Positions 24,848 through 34,028 of a stretch of DNA of 64,000 nucleotides are shown here, piece by piece. Each line of letters starts with the position of its first letter. Position 1 is the first letter of the stretch. A program made the position numbers and the translations under genes. The DNA is from Gemmatimonadales bacterium (GTDB taxonomy: Bacteria > Gemmatimonadota > Gemmatimonadetes > Gemmatimonadales > GWC2-71-9), in contig JBOHSD010000009.1 of NCBI GenBank assembly GCA_050733075.1, positions 1,189 to 65,188 on the forward strand, in the 5' to 3' direction. The notes below the pieces were generated by a model. That model saw only the letters and a program-made list of their open reading frames with translations. It did not search any database and was not told the origin of the DNA.

Positions 24848-26092
24848 ATGCCCCTCACAGAAGCCCTGCGCCTCGCCATCCTGGCCATCTGGTCCAGCAA
24901 GCTGCGCTCGTTCTTCACCCTCCTCGGAATCATCGTGAGCGTCGCGTTCCTGGTTATGGTCGTCGCCATAATCCAGGGAATGAACGCGTACGTACGCGAG
25001 AACATCACCGGAGCGCTGATCGGGACCAACGCGTTTCAGGTCCGCCGGAGCCCGATCAGCGTAGGCCTGATGGACGACGAGGAGGTGCGGGCCATCAGCA
25101 AGCGGCCTCTCATCACGCTGCGGGACGCCGAGGTGGTTCGCCGCGCGGTGCCCGACGCGGAGGCGGTTGCTCTTCAGTCCGGCTGGCCCACTCCCGTCAG
25201 CCAGGTGTCCCACCGTAACCGGGTGGTGGAAAATACGGTCACCTTCGGTGTCACGCCTCCCTATCAGGTGGTGCAGGACTACCGGTTTGCGGCCGGCACC
25301 CCGCTCACCGAGCCCGACGTCAGCGGCCGGCGGAACGTGGTGGTGCTGGGGTACGATGTGGCGGAGCGGCTCTTCGACGATCATGCCGCGGCCGTGGGCC
25401 GCAAGGTCCGCGTGGCCGGCCGTGAGCTGCGGGTAAAGGGCGTGATCGCGAAAAAGGGGCGGGTGCTGGGCCAGTCGTTCGACACCTTCGTGCTCCTGCC
25501 GTTCACCACCTTCGAGTCGATGTATGGCCGGCGGAAAACCACCGTGGTATCGGTCAAGATGCCGACCGCGGCGGCCATCGACCCGGCCATGGCGCGGGCC
25601 GAAGAGGCGATGCGGCTGGCCCACCGGCTGAGGCCGGGGGAGCCGAACGATTTCACGGTGGACAAGGCGACGGCGCTGGTGGCCTTCTGGCGGAATCTGA
25701 CCCAGGTGCTGTTTACCGCCATTCCGGCGGTGGTCTGCATCGGGATCGTGGTAGGGGGCATCGTGATCATGAACATCATGCTGATGACGGTCAACGAGAG
25801 GGTGCACGAGATCGGCATCCGCAAAGCGGTAGGGGCGACCCGCGGCGATATCCGGCGCCAGTTCCTGGTGGAGGCGGTGACGCTGGCCTCGGCCGGAGGA
25901 GTGCTCGGGGTACTGCTGGGCTGGGGCGCAGCCACGCTGGTGGCCGGCGCGACGCCGCTGCCCGCCCGGGTCACACTGTGGTCGGTCGGCGCGGCGCTGG
26001 CCCTGGGAGCCGGTGCCGGCGTGATCTTCGGGGTCTACCCGGCGGCGAGGGCTGCGCGGCTGGATCCGATCACGGCCTTGCGAGCCGAGTAG
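24848..26092 (+). CDS. MacB/LolC-type ABC transporter permease, paralog P3 (type A)
   Basis: Closest to P1 (SKLRSFFTLLGIIVSVAFLVMVVAIIQGMN versus QKLKSFFSLLGVLIGVTFLIAVVSIVQGMN). IMLMTVNERVHEIGIRKAVGATRGDI. Confidence 0.85.
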   Translation: MPLTEALRLAILAIWSSKLRSFFTLLGIIVSVAFLVMVVAIIQGMNAYVRENITGALIGTNAFQVRRSPISVGLMDDEEVRAISKRPLITLRDAEVVRRAVPDAEAVALQSGWPTPVSQVSHRNRVVENTVTFGVTPPYQVVQDYRFAAGTPLTEPDVSGRRNVVVLGYDVAERLFDDHAAAVGRKVRVAGRELRVKGVIAKKGRVLGQSFDTFVLLPFTTFESMYGRRKTTVVSVKMPTAAAIDPAMARAEEAMRLAHRLRPGEPNDFTVDKATALVAFWRNLTQVLFTAIPAVVCIGIVVGGIVIMNIMLMTVNERVHEIGIRKAVGATRGDIRRQFLVEAVTLASAGGVLGVLLGWGAATLVAGATPLPARVTLWSVGAALALGAGAGVIFGVYPAARAARLDPITALRAE

Positions 26093-26100
26093 GACCGCGA

Positions 26101-27345
26101 GTGCGCTTCCGGATTCCCAACCTGGGGGAGGGCATCGCCATCGCGCTGGGCGCGGTGCGGACCAACAAGCTGCGCTCGGTGCTCACCATACTGGGCGTCG
26201 TCATCGGCGTCGCAACCGTGATGACGGTCGCCTCCATGGTGCAGGGCATCCGGTCCCAGATCTTCAACGCCATCGAGGTGGCCGGGCCCCAGGTCTTCTA
26301 CATACTCCGCTTCTTCACCCATACGCCGCTCGACCCGGACCGGCTCCCCTACGAGCTCCGCATCCGGCCTATACTAAGCCCGAGCGATGCCGATGCGGTT
26401 CGCGGCGTGCCCCAGATCGCCTACGCGCAGCTCTGGCTTCAAATCTTCGCCCGGCTGGAGAAATCGGGGGTGAGGACCCAGACCATGATTCTCTACGGCG
26501 GCGACCACCGCTTCATGGAAATCCTGGGCGGGACCCTGCTCCGGGGGCGGCTCTTCACTCGGGCCGAGCTCACCGGCGAGAGCGTCATCATCCTGGAGGA
26601 GCAGGCGGCCGACCGGCTCTTCGGCCAGCTGGAGCCGATCGGGCAGCTGGTGCGAGCCAATGGGCAGCCGCTCCGGGTAATCGGGATATACCAGAAGCCC
26701 ACCAACATCTTCGAGCCGCCGGGCCAACAGAACGCGGGGGCGGTACCGTTCCGCACGGCCCGGGAGAGGTTTCGCTACAACGAGAGCTATGACCTGTTCG
26801 TGGCGGTAAAGGCCCGGCCCGGGGTACCGATTTCTCTCGCCAAGGACGCAGTGACTTCCGCTCTCCGAAGAGCTCGCAACCTGCGCCCTGGAATGCCGAA
26901 CACGTTCGCTCTCGTCACCCAGGATCAAATCCTCGACGTGGTGGGGAATCTCACGGGATACTTCTTTCTGGCCATGGTGGCGCTGTCGAGCGTGGCACTC
27001 ATGGTCGGGGGGATCGGTGTCATGGCCATCATGATGGTATCGGTCACCGACCGAACCCGGGAGATCGGCATCCGCAAGGCTATCGGCGCCACCCGGGGTG
27101 AGATTCTCTGGCAGTTCCTCGTCGAGGCCGCGACTCTCACCCTCCTCGGCGGACTGATCGGAATCGTGGTTGGACTCGCGGCCGGGGAGATTCTCAAGTA
27201 CGTGATGGGGGTGGACGCCGCCGTCCCTCTTTGGAGCGCGGGGCTGGCCTGCGCCGTCAGCATCGCGATCGGACTGGTGTTCGGTCTGTATCCGGCCAAC
27301 CGCGCCGCGGGGATGGATCCGGTCGAGGCGCTACGACATGAGTGA
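26101..27345 (+). CDS. MacB/LolC-type ABC transporter permease, paralog P4 (type B)
   Basis: GTG 26101 start (VRFRIPNLGEGIAIALGAVRTNKLRS). Closest to P2. Ends ..DPVEALRHE followed by TGA TAA TAA. Confidence 0.8.
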   Translation: MRFRIPNLGEGIAIALGAVRTNKLRSVLTILGVVIGVATVMTVASMVQGIRSQIFNAIEVAGPQVFYILRFFTHTPLDPDRLPYELRIRPILSPSDADAVRGVPQIAYAQLWLQIFARLEKSGVRTQTMILYGGDHRFMEILGGTLLRGRLFTRAELTGESVIILEEQAADRLFGQLEPIGQLVRANGQPLRVIGIYQKPTNIFEPPGQQNAGAVPFRTARERFRYNESYDLFVAVKARPGVPISLAKDAVTSALRRARNLRPGMPNTFALVTQDQILDVVGNLTGYFFLAMVALSSVALMVGGIGVMAIMMVSVTDRTREIGIRKAIGATRGEILWQFLVEAATLTLLGGLIGIVVGLAAGEILKYVMGVDAAVPLWSAGLACAVSIAIGLVFGLYPANRAAGMDPVEALRHE

Positions 27346-27354
27346 TAATAAGAC

Positions 27355-27471
27355 GGTAAACGGTGAACGGTGAACGGTGAACAGTGAACGGGGTAGTGTG
27401 GTAGGACCCGTTTACCGTTCACCGTTTACCGTTTACCGTTTACCCTCACTTTTCACCGTTCACAGTTCACG
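27355..27471. repeat. hairpin of tandem heptamer arrays (5 x GGTGAAC-type / about 9 x GTTTACC-type)
   Basis: Left arm 27355-27389, spacer 27390-27409, right arm 27410-27471. Ends GTTCACGCTTT like the 24681-24832 copy, 14 nt before the next ATG. Confidence 0.9.
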
Positions 27472-27485
27472 CTTTATTTCGCGGC

Positions 27486-28202
27486 ATGCCCGTAGACATC
27501 CTTGCCATCGCCGCGCACCGCGACGACGTGGAGCTGACCTGTGCCGGTACCCTTCTCAAGGCGGCCGATGCCGGATACCGGACCGGCATCCTCGATCTCA
27601 CCGCCGGGGAGACCGGCACCCGGGGGAGTGCCGATCTCCGCGCCGAAGAGGCCGAGCGGGCGGCGAAGATTCTGGGGGTGAGCGAGCGGAGGAACGCCGG
27701 ACTGCCCGATGCCCATCTTCACAACTCAGATGAGGCCAGGCGGGCTATAGTGGCTCAGATTCGTCACTTCCTGCCTCGGGTCGTCATCCTTCCTTTCCCC
27801 GTGGGCCGCCACCCCGACCACCGGGTGGCTTCCGAGCTGGGGCGGGATGCCTGCTATCTGGCCGGACTCGCGCGCTACGATGCTGCCGGCGCTCCCCACC
27901 GTCCTCACAAGCTGCTCTACGCGCTCTCCTACCGGGAAGACCCCATCAAGCCCACGTTCGTCGTGGACATCGGCAAGCAGTTCGATCGAAAGCTCGCTGC
28001 AATCCGCTGCTACGCGAGCCAGTTTGACGGGGTCGAGGCAGCGGGTGAAATCTTTCCTGCGGGGCGGGATCTGTATTCGCTGGTCGAGACTCAGAACGCC
28101 CACTATGGCTCCCTGATCCGAGCCCCCTACGGCGAGCCGTTCTTTACTCACGAGACGATGGAGGTCGAGGATGTGATGAAACTGGGTGTTCAGAGTATGT
28201 AG
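27486..28202 (+). CDS. PIG-L family deacetylase, BshB1-like
   Basis: ILAIAAHRDDVELTCAGT, TRGSADLRAEEAERAAKILGV, HPDHRV motifs, as in LmbE/BshB1 enzymes. Confidence 0.75.
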   Translation: MPVDILAIAAHRDDVELTCAGTLLKAADAGYRTGILDLTAGETGTRGSADLRAEEAERAAKILGVSERRNAGLPDAHLHNSDEARRAIVAQIRHFLPRVVILPFPVGRHPDHRVASELGRDACYLAGLARYDAAGAPHRPHKLLYALSYREDPIKPTFVVDIGKQFDRKLAAIRCYASQFDGVEAAGEIFPAGRDLYSLVETQNAHYGSLIRAPYGEPFFTHETMEVEDVMKLGVQSM

Positions 28203-28244
28203 ACCACGCTGTCATCCCAAGCGTTCGCCGCTATCTTCCCATCT

Positions 28245-29501
28245 ATGCGTCCGCCCGTCTACCTCGACTATGCCGCCACCACTCCGGTCCGTCCGGAGGT
28301 GCTGGAGGCCATGCTGCCGTACCTGACCGCCCAGACCTTTGGGAACCCCTCCAGCGCCCACCGCTTCGGCCGGGCCGCGCGGGCGGGTGTCGAACAGGCA
28401 CGGCGGCAGGTGGCGGAGGCGGTCGGGGCCGAGCCCAACCAGGTGATCTTCACCTCCGGCGGGACCGAAGCCGACAACCTGGGCATCGTAGGCGCGTCGC
28501 TCGCCGCCCGGGAACGAGGCGCGGCCATGTGCGCGGCCGTCTCGGCGATCGAGCACAAGGCAGTGCTCGCGGCCGCTCACGCGGTATGCCATCTCGGTGG
28601 CCGCGAGGTGCTGCTGCCGGTGGACTCCGGAGGCCAGCTCGATCTCGACGCCCTCGACCGCGCGCTCGGGGAGAGCCCGGCCGTCGTCTCGGTGATGTGG
28701 GTCAACAACGAGGTGGGAGTAGTGCAATCGGTATCCGAAATCGCCGGGCGCTGCCGGGATGCCGGAGTGATCTTTCACACCGACGCGGTGCAGGCCCTGG
28801 GCAAAGTGCCGGTGTCAATGACCGAGCTGCCCTGCACTCTGCTCACCATCTCCGGCCACAAGATCGGGGCGCCCAAGGGCATCGGGGCCTTGATCGTGCG
28901 CGACCGCAAGGCAGTCGAGGCCATCATCCATGGCGGCGGCCAGCAGTTCGGCATCCGGCCCGGAACCGAGAACGTGGCCGGCGCCGTGGCGTTGGGCCGC
29001 GCCGCCCAGCTCGCCGCTGCGGAACAGGCCTCACTGGCGGAGCGCCTTTGCGCCCTGCGCAACGAGCTGGCCGCCAGCCTGAAGGCCTCGGTCGCAGATC
29101 TGGTGGTCAACGCCGAGGATAGTCCACGCGCGCCCCATCTTTTGAGCGTCGCGGTCACCGGCGCCGACAGCGAGGCGCTGCTGATGCACCTCGATCTCGC
29201 CGGCGTCGCCGCGTCGAGCGGTTCGGCCTGCTCCAGCGGGGCGGTGGAGCCCTCTCACGTCCTCATCGCTATGGGAGTCCCCCGCGACCTGGCCCTCGGC
29301 GCCGTTCGCTTCAGCTTCGGGCGAGAGAGCACGAGGGAGGACGTCGAGCGCGCCGCTGAGGTGATGCCGGCCGTAGTCTCCAAAGTACGGAAGCTGGCGG
29401 GGGTGCTCGGACGGGCGGACGGGCGGACGGGCGGTTGGGCGGACGGCGGACGAGGTCAGACCATCAAGGCACCGCAGGGTACCGCCGAGGGCAGCGGATG
29501 A
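28245..29501 (+). CDS. cysteine desulfurase (NifS/YrvO-like, class V aminotransferase)
   Basis: PLP-lysine ISGHKIGAPKG, active-site SSGSACSSG. The last 35 codons or so run through an octamer repeat. ATGA overlap with mnmA. Confidence 0.85.
   Translation: MRPPVYLDYAATTPVRPEVLEAMLPYLTAQTFGNPSSAHRFGRAARAGVEQARRQVAEAVGAEPNQVIFTSGGTEADNLGIVGASLAARERGAAMCAAVSAIEHKAVLAAAHAVCHLGGREVLLPVDSGGQLDLDALDRALGESPAVVSVMWVNNEVGVVQSVSEIAGRCRDAGVIFHTDAVQALGKVPVSMTELPCTLLTISGHKIGAPKGIGALIVRDRKAVEAIIHGGGQQFGIRPGTENVAGAVALGRAAQLAAAEQASLAERLCALRNELAASLKASVADLVVNAEDSPRAPHLLSVAVTGADSEALLMHLDLAGVAASSGSACSSGAVEPSHVLIAMGVPRDLALGAVRFSFGRESTREDVERAAEVMPAVVSKVRKLAGVLGRADGRTGGWADGGRGQTIKAPQGTAEGSG
29409..29454 (+). repeat. 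tandem 8-mer array GGACGGGC x3 plus 3 degenerate units, inside the desulfurase 3' tail
   Basis: GGACGGGC GGACGGGC GGACGGGC GGTTGGGC GGACGGC GGACGAG. Translated as GRADGRTGGWADGGR. Confidence 0.85.
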
Positions 29502-30556
29502 GCGCCCGCGTCCTGGTAGCCATGTCCGGCGGAGTGGACAGCTCCGTCGCGGCGGCGCGCCTGGTCGAGCAGGGCTACCAGGTGGTCGGCGCCACCATGA
29601 AGCTCTTCTGCTACGGCGACGAGGTGCCCGACCGGCCCTGCTGCTCGCTGGATTCGATCAACGATGCCCGGGACGTGGCCCACGCCATCGGCATTCCGCA
29701 CTACGTCCTCAACCTCGAGGACCGCTTCAACCTGCACGTCATCCAGAACTTCGTGAGTGAGTACAGCCGGGGCCGGACGCCCATTCCGTGCGTGCGTTGC
29801 AACTCGTTCACCAAGTTCCGGGATCTGCTGGCTCATGCCGACGCGCTCGATTGCGACTACATCGCCACCGGCCACTACGCGATCGCCCGCGACGGGGGGC
29901 TCTACCGCGGCCGCGATCCGGGCAAGGATCAGAGCTACTTCCTGTGGGGCATCGACCGGAGCGTGGTCGCGCGGATGCTGACGCCGGTGGGCGAGATGTC
30001 CAAGCCCGAGACCCGGGCATTTGCCCGACGCCTGGGGCTCACTACCGCGGAGAAGGAAGAGTCGGTGGAGATCTGCTTCGTCCCCAACGACGACTACGTC
30101 TCGGTGCTGGAGCGGCATCTCCCGGCCGACGCTCCAGCGCTGGTGCCAGGCCCGCTGGTGACGACCAGCGGTGAGGTGATCGGTGAGCACCGCGGGTATG
30201 GCCGGTATACCATCGGTCAGCGCAAGGGACTGCCCGGCGGGCTCGAGGCGGCTCGGTACGTGATAGCAATTCACCCCGAGAACCGCGAGGTGGTGATCGG
30301 GAGCGCCGAGGAGCTGGCCGGGCACCGCGTGCGGCTGGACGAGCTCAACTGGCTGGCCGACCCGCTCCAGCCGGGAGAAGGCTGTGAGGTCCAGATCCGC
30401 TATCGGGCCCGCGGCGTGCCCGCTACCGTGCTGGAGGGCACCGAAGATTCCCTGGTGCTGGCGCTGTCAACTCCGGTCCGAGCCATAACTCCGGGCCAAT
30501 CCGGCGTTCTTTATGGTGCCGGCGGCCGAGTGCTGGGCGGCGGCGTGATCGGCTGA
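29498..30556 (+). CDS. mnmA: tRNA 2-thiouridine(34) synthase MnmA
   Basis: MSARVLVAMSGGVDSSVAA PP-loop, CVRCN, conserved catalytic Cys context. Confidence 0.9.
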   Translation: MSARVLVAMSGGVDSSVAAARLVEQGYQVVGATMKLFCYGDEVPDRPCCSLDSINDARDVAHAIGIPHYVLNLEDRFNLHVIQNFVSEYSRGRTPIPCVRCNSFTKFRDLLAHADALDCDYIATGHYAIARDGGLYRGRDPGKDQSYFLWGIDRSVVARMLTPVGEMSKPETRAFARRLGLTTAEKEESVEICFVPNDDYVSVLERHLPADAPALVPGPLVTTSGEVIGEHRGYGRYTIGQRKGLPGGLEAARYVIAIHPENREVVIGSAEELAGHRVRLDELNWLADPLQPGEGCEVQIRYRARGVPATVLEGTEDSLVLALSTPVRAITPGQSGVLYGAGGRVLGGGVIG

Positions 30557-30560
30557 GCGC

Positions 30561-30971
30561 GTGGGCTCGCTATTACTTCACTGGTTCCTGAACGCCGCGG
30601 CTCTGTGGGCCGCCGCGGCCGTCGTGCCCGGGCTGGAGTTCGATGGTGGCCCGGGGCGTCTGCTGCTGGTGGCCGCCGTCTTCGGTATCGTGAACAGCAC
30701 CCTGCGGCCGCTGCTCACCGTCCTCACCTGCCCGCTGATCGTGCTCACCCTTGGGCTCTTTACCCTCGTCATCAATGCACTGATGCTGCTCGTGACCGGA
30801 TGGCTCTCGGAGAGCTGGAACCTGGGCTTCACGGTGACGGGTTTCTGGGCGGCGTTCTGGGGAGGTCTGGTGGTAGGCCTGGTGAGTATGATCCTGTCTC
30901 TGCTGCTTCCGGGGAAGGCCACTCGGCCCTACGCACCTGGAGATGATGTTCCCGGCCGCTACCGGGAGTAG
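30561..30971 (+). CDS. 4-TM membrane protein of the phage-holin-4_2/YvlD family
   Basis: LNAAALWAAAAVVPG..., four hydrophobic helices. GTG start. Confidence 0.65.
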   Translation: MGSLLLHWFLNAAALWAAAAVVPGLEFDGGPGRLLLVAAVFGIVNSTLRPLLTVLTCPLIVLTLGLFTLVINALMLLVTGWLSESWNLGFTVTGFWAAFWGGLVVGLVSMILSLLLPGKATRPYAPGDDVPGRYRE

Positions 30972-30974
30972 ACC

Positions 30975-32081
30975 TCAGTGGGGGAGCCCCGCAGATTCCG
31001 CGAACTTCTTCATCAACTCCTCCTGCTCCGGGGTCAGCTTGTCGGGCACCGTCACTTGCACCCCCACCAGCTGATCCCCACGGCGGCCATTCTTCTCGAT
31101 ACCCTGACCCTTGATCCGGAACTTGCGCCCGGACTGAGTTCCCGGCGGGATCCGGAGCAAGACCTTCTTGCCGTCGAGAGTGCGCACCCGAATCCGGCTG
31201 CCGAGTACGGCCTGAGCGAGGTTGATCGGCACCTCGGCGACGATGTCCAGGCCTTCGCGCCTGAAGAAGCGGTCGGGCTGAACCTGGAAGGTGATGATCA
31301 GGTCGCCGGCCGGACCACCGGGACGGGTCGGCTGCCCCTGGCCTCGTAGCAGGATTCTGGAGCCGGTCTCGGTCGCCGGCGGCACCGTTATTACGACCCG
31401 GCGCTCGGTACGCATCTCACCCGCGCCGCGACAGGTGGGGCACCTCTCCGATGGGATCTTCCCCCGCCCGCGGCACTGGGGGCAGGGGCGGCTCACCGCA
31501 AAGCTGCCCTGGCCGAAGGAGATGGTGCCCTGCCCTCCGCATTCCGGACAGGTCGACAGCGTAGCGCCGGGAGCCCCGCCGCTCCCCTTGCAGGTGGGGC
31601 AGGTTTCGGTAACCGGCAGAGTCACCGGAATCTTACCTCCCAGCATCGCCACCCTGAACGGCACCTCGACCACGGCCTCGAGCGTCTCGGCGGCTCCGGC
31701 ATCCTCCCTCCGCCCGCGGCCGAAGATGGAGGAGAAGATGTCGCCCAGGCCACCGAGATCGCCGAACTCGAAGCCCTGCGCGCCCAAATCATCGCCGCCA
31801 AAGCCACCCGCCGCCCGTCCTGCTCCGGCACCCGCCGGGCGGCGGGTAGCGCCATCGAAGGCGCCGAAGCGGCGCATTTGATCGTATTGCTTCCGCTTTT
31901 CCGGATCGGAAAGCGTGCCGTGAGCCTCCGAAACTTCCTTGAAGCGCTCAGCCGCACTGACGTTATTAGGGTTGGCATCGGGATGGTACTGCTTGGCCAA
32001 CTTCCGGTAGGCCTTCTTGATCTCGTCCTGGCTGGCCGAGTCCGGAACGCCGAGGACCTGGTAAAAGTCCTTGGCAGCCAC
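30975..32081 (-). CDS. dnaJ: molecular chaperone DnaJ
   Basis: J domain with YHPDANP. Four zinc motifs CPTCKGSG, CPECGGQG, CPQCRGRG, CPTCRGAG. Confidence 0.9.
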   Translation of the reverse strand: MAAKDFYQVLGVPDSASQDEIKKAYRKLAKQYHPDANPNNVSAAERFKEVSEAHGTLSDPEKRKQYDQMRRFGAFDGATRRPAGAGAGRAAGGFGGDDLGAQGFEFGDLGGLGDIFSSIFGRGRREDAGAAETLEAVVEVPFRVAMLGGKIPVTLPVTETCPTCKGSGGAPGATLSTCPECGGQGTISFGQGSFAVSRPCPQCRGRGKIPSERCPTCRGAGEMRTERRVVITVPPATETGSRILLRGQGQPTRPGGPAGDLIITFQVQPDRFFRREGLDIVAEVPINLAQAVLGSRIRVRTLDGKKVLLRIPPGTQSGRKFRIKGQGIEKNGRRGDQLVGVQVTVPDKLTPEQEELMKKFAESAGLPH

Positions 32082-32082
32082 C

Positions 32083-32718
32083 TTAGCGTTGGCCCTGGTC
32101 GGAGTAGACCTGTACCCGGGCGGGCCGGACTAGTACTCCCTTGAATCTGTAACCGGGCTGGAAGGTGGCACTCACCGTATGCTCCAGCGACGGATCGGGT
32201 GCCGGCACGGTCGAAACTGCCTCGTGCTGGCTGGGATCGAACGGGGCGCCGACCGGATCGATTCGCTCCACTCCGGCCTCTTCCAGTGTCTTGGACAGCT
32301 TCCGATCCACGGCACTCAAGCCTTCACGCAGAACGGGCAGCGGCGTTGCCGGGTCGCTGGCCACCAGCCGATCCATGTCGTCGAGCACGTCGAGGAGCTT
32401 GGCAACGAAGCTCGCCTGAGCCCGGTCGGTAAGGTCGGCTCGCTCGCGGGCGATCCGCTTGCGATAGTTGTCGAATTCGGCCGCGAGCCGGAGATGACGG
32501 TCCTTCAGCTCGGCCACTTCGCTCTCGAGCCGGGCATCCTGGCCCCCCCGAAAGGAGGGCTGGGTATCTTCGGCCCTGGACGATGGCTCGGCGCTCATAT
32601 CGGTGGAAGCAAGGTCGGCACCATCGGCACTCTGGCCGGCAGGTCTGTCGTTAGAAGGCGTTTCGGTTTCGGTATGGCTTCTGAGGTCGGTTTTCTCGGT
32701 CACTTGAAAAACTCTCAC
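32083..32718 (-). CDS. grpE: nucleotide exchange factor GrpE
   Basis: LRLAAEFDNYRKRIARE, later GYRFKGVLVRPARV. Exact start uncertain. Confidence 0.85.
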   Translation of the reverse strand: MRVFQVTEKTDLRSHTETETPSNDRPAGQSADGADLASTDMSAEPSSRAEDTQPSFRGGQDARLESEVAELKDRHLRLAAEFDNYRKRIARERADLTDRAQASFVAKLLDVLDDMDRLVASDPATPLPVLREGLSAVDRKLSKTLEEAGVERIDPVGAPFDPSQHEAVSTVPAPDPSLEHTVSATFQPGYRFKGVLVRPARVQVYSDQGQR

Positions 32719-32727
32719 TCTATAGGA

Positions 32728-33993
32728 CTAAGGAAAGATAATAGTCTGAGATGTCGGGTGTTCAGCCGCCAAGACCCGCCAGAGCAGGAACAACGCAGCT
32801 TGTGCCGCCCGCGCCCGAATCTCGTGCCGGCTCCCGGGAAACCTGCTGCGCCGGGCTCCGACCCATTCTTCCAGCGCGCACCCGAGCCAAACGGTTCCCA
32901 CCGGCTTCTCCGGGCTGCCGCCGGCCGGTCCGGCGATCCCGGTGACGGATACCGCGGCATCCACCCCGAACCGGCGGAGGGCCCCCTGCGCCATGGCGAG
33001 CGCGACCGGCTCGCTCACCGCGCCGTGTGCCGCGAGGAGCGCCGGGGATACATCCAGCAGCTCGATCTTGAGCGCGTCGTCGTAAGCGATCACCCCGCCG
33101 ACGAACACCGCGGAGCTTCCCGGGATCTCGGTGAGGCGGGCCCCCAGCAGCCCCCCGGTGCATGATTCCGCCACCGCCAGACGCATTCCGCGCGACCGCG
33201 CCTCGTCGAGAACGAGCGCCGCGAGGTCGCACTCACCCTCCCCATAGATGCTGTCACCGGCGCCTTGGCGCAGCAACTCCGCCGCTGCCTTCAGCCGCCG
33301 GTCAGCCTCTTCCGGCGCAAAGCCCCACGCGCTGAGGCGAAGATCGACCCCCTCGTTACCGGGAAGATAGGCGAGGGTGAGCGGAGCGATCTCGCGATCG
33401 ATGTCGCCGATCCGCTCGGCTAATGCGGACTCCGGAACGCCGGTGGTGCGAACCAGCAGCGAGCGTATTACCGAGCGGGCTCCCCGGACGAGCCGGGGAA
33501 TGACCTCGTGCTCCAACAAACGGCGCATCTCCAGCGGCACGCCCGGCAGCATGATGGCGAGGCCGGGCGCTCCTTCCAGCCACAGGCCTGGCGCGGTGCC
33601 CCAGCGGTTGCGCAGCACGGTGGCCCCCCGAGGTACCTCGGCCTGGCTACGGTTGGTGGCGGAGGGCGTTCGCTCTATCCGGGCGAATCGCTCCAGGAGG
33701 TCGGCCCAGACGCTTTCATCGAACTCGATCGGAGCGTCAAACAGGTCCGCCACCGCCCGCTTGGTGATGTCGTCACGCGTAGGGCCCAGACCACCGGTGG
33801 TGAGCACGGCACCGGTCCGCTGGAGAGCCTCGGCTACGACAACCTGAATCTCCTCCCACCGGTCGGCAACCGAGGTCCGGCGCGTCACCCGGACTCCGTG
33901 AGCCGACAGCTCGCGCGCGAGCTCCGCCCCGTTGCTGTCCAGGGTCAAGCCGAGCAGCAACTCGGTGCCGATGGTGACGAGCTCGATATCCAT
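32728..33993 (-). CDS. cinA: CinA family protein (MoCF-binding domain plus PncC nicotinamide-nucleotide amidase domain)
   Basis: Start at MDIELVTIGTELLLG (ATG 33993-33991). TTGGLGPTRDDIT; C-terminal AVAESCTGGLLG. Confidence 0.85.
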   Translation of the reverse strand: MDIELVTIGTELLLGLTLDSNGAELARELSAHGVRVTRRTSVADRWEEIQVVVAEALQRTGAVLTTGGLGPTRDDITKRAVADLFDAPIEFDESVWADLLERFARIERTPSATNRSQAEVPRGATVLRNRWGTAPGLWLEGAPGLAIMLPGVPLEMRRLLEHEVIPRLVRGARSVIRSLLVRTTGVPESALAERIGDIDREIAPLTLAYLPGNEGVDLRLSAWGFAPEEADRRLKAAAELLRQGAGDSIYGEGECDLAALVLDEARSRGMRLAVAESCTGGLLGARLTEIPGSSAVFVGGVIAYDDALKIELLDVSPALLAAHGAVSEPVALAMAQGALRRFGVDAAVSVTGIAGPAGGSPEKPVGTVWLGCALEEWVGARRSRFPGSRHEIRARAAQAALFLLWRVLAAEHPTSQTIIFP

Positions 33994-34028
33994 GGGAGCT
34001 GGGAGCTGGGAGCTAGGAGCTAGGAGCT
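33994..34028. repeat. tandem heptamer array GGGAGCT x3 plus AGGAGCT x2
   Basis: Fills the pgsA-stop/cinA-start junction exactly. It begins at the nucleotide next to the cinA ATG and overlaps the last pgsA codons and the TAG (34020-34022). Confidence 0.85.

Noticed and set aside
24730-25218. ORFs translating the heptamer arrays (..FTVHPSPFTVHRSPFTVYRLPFTV.. and 26925-27422, MNGKRVLPHYPVHCSPFTVHRLP..).
   Set aside because: The periodic peptide sequence is a by-product of the 7-nt DNA repeat. The ORFs run antisense to, or out of frame with, the permease genes.
30561-30971. Holin-family protein as evidence of a prophage.
   Set aside because: No lysin, capsid, terminase, integrase or other phage genes are nearby. 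This 4-TM family (YvlD-like) is common as a stand-alone chromosomal membrane protein.
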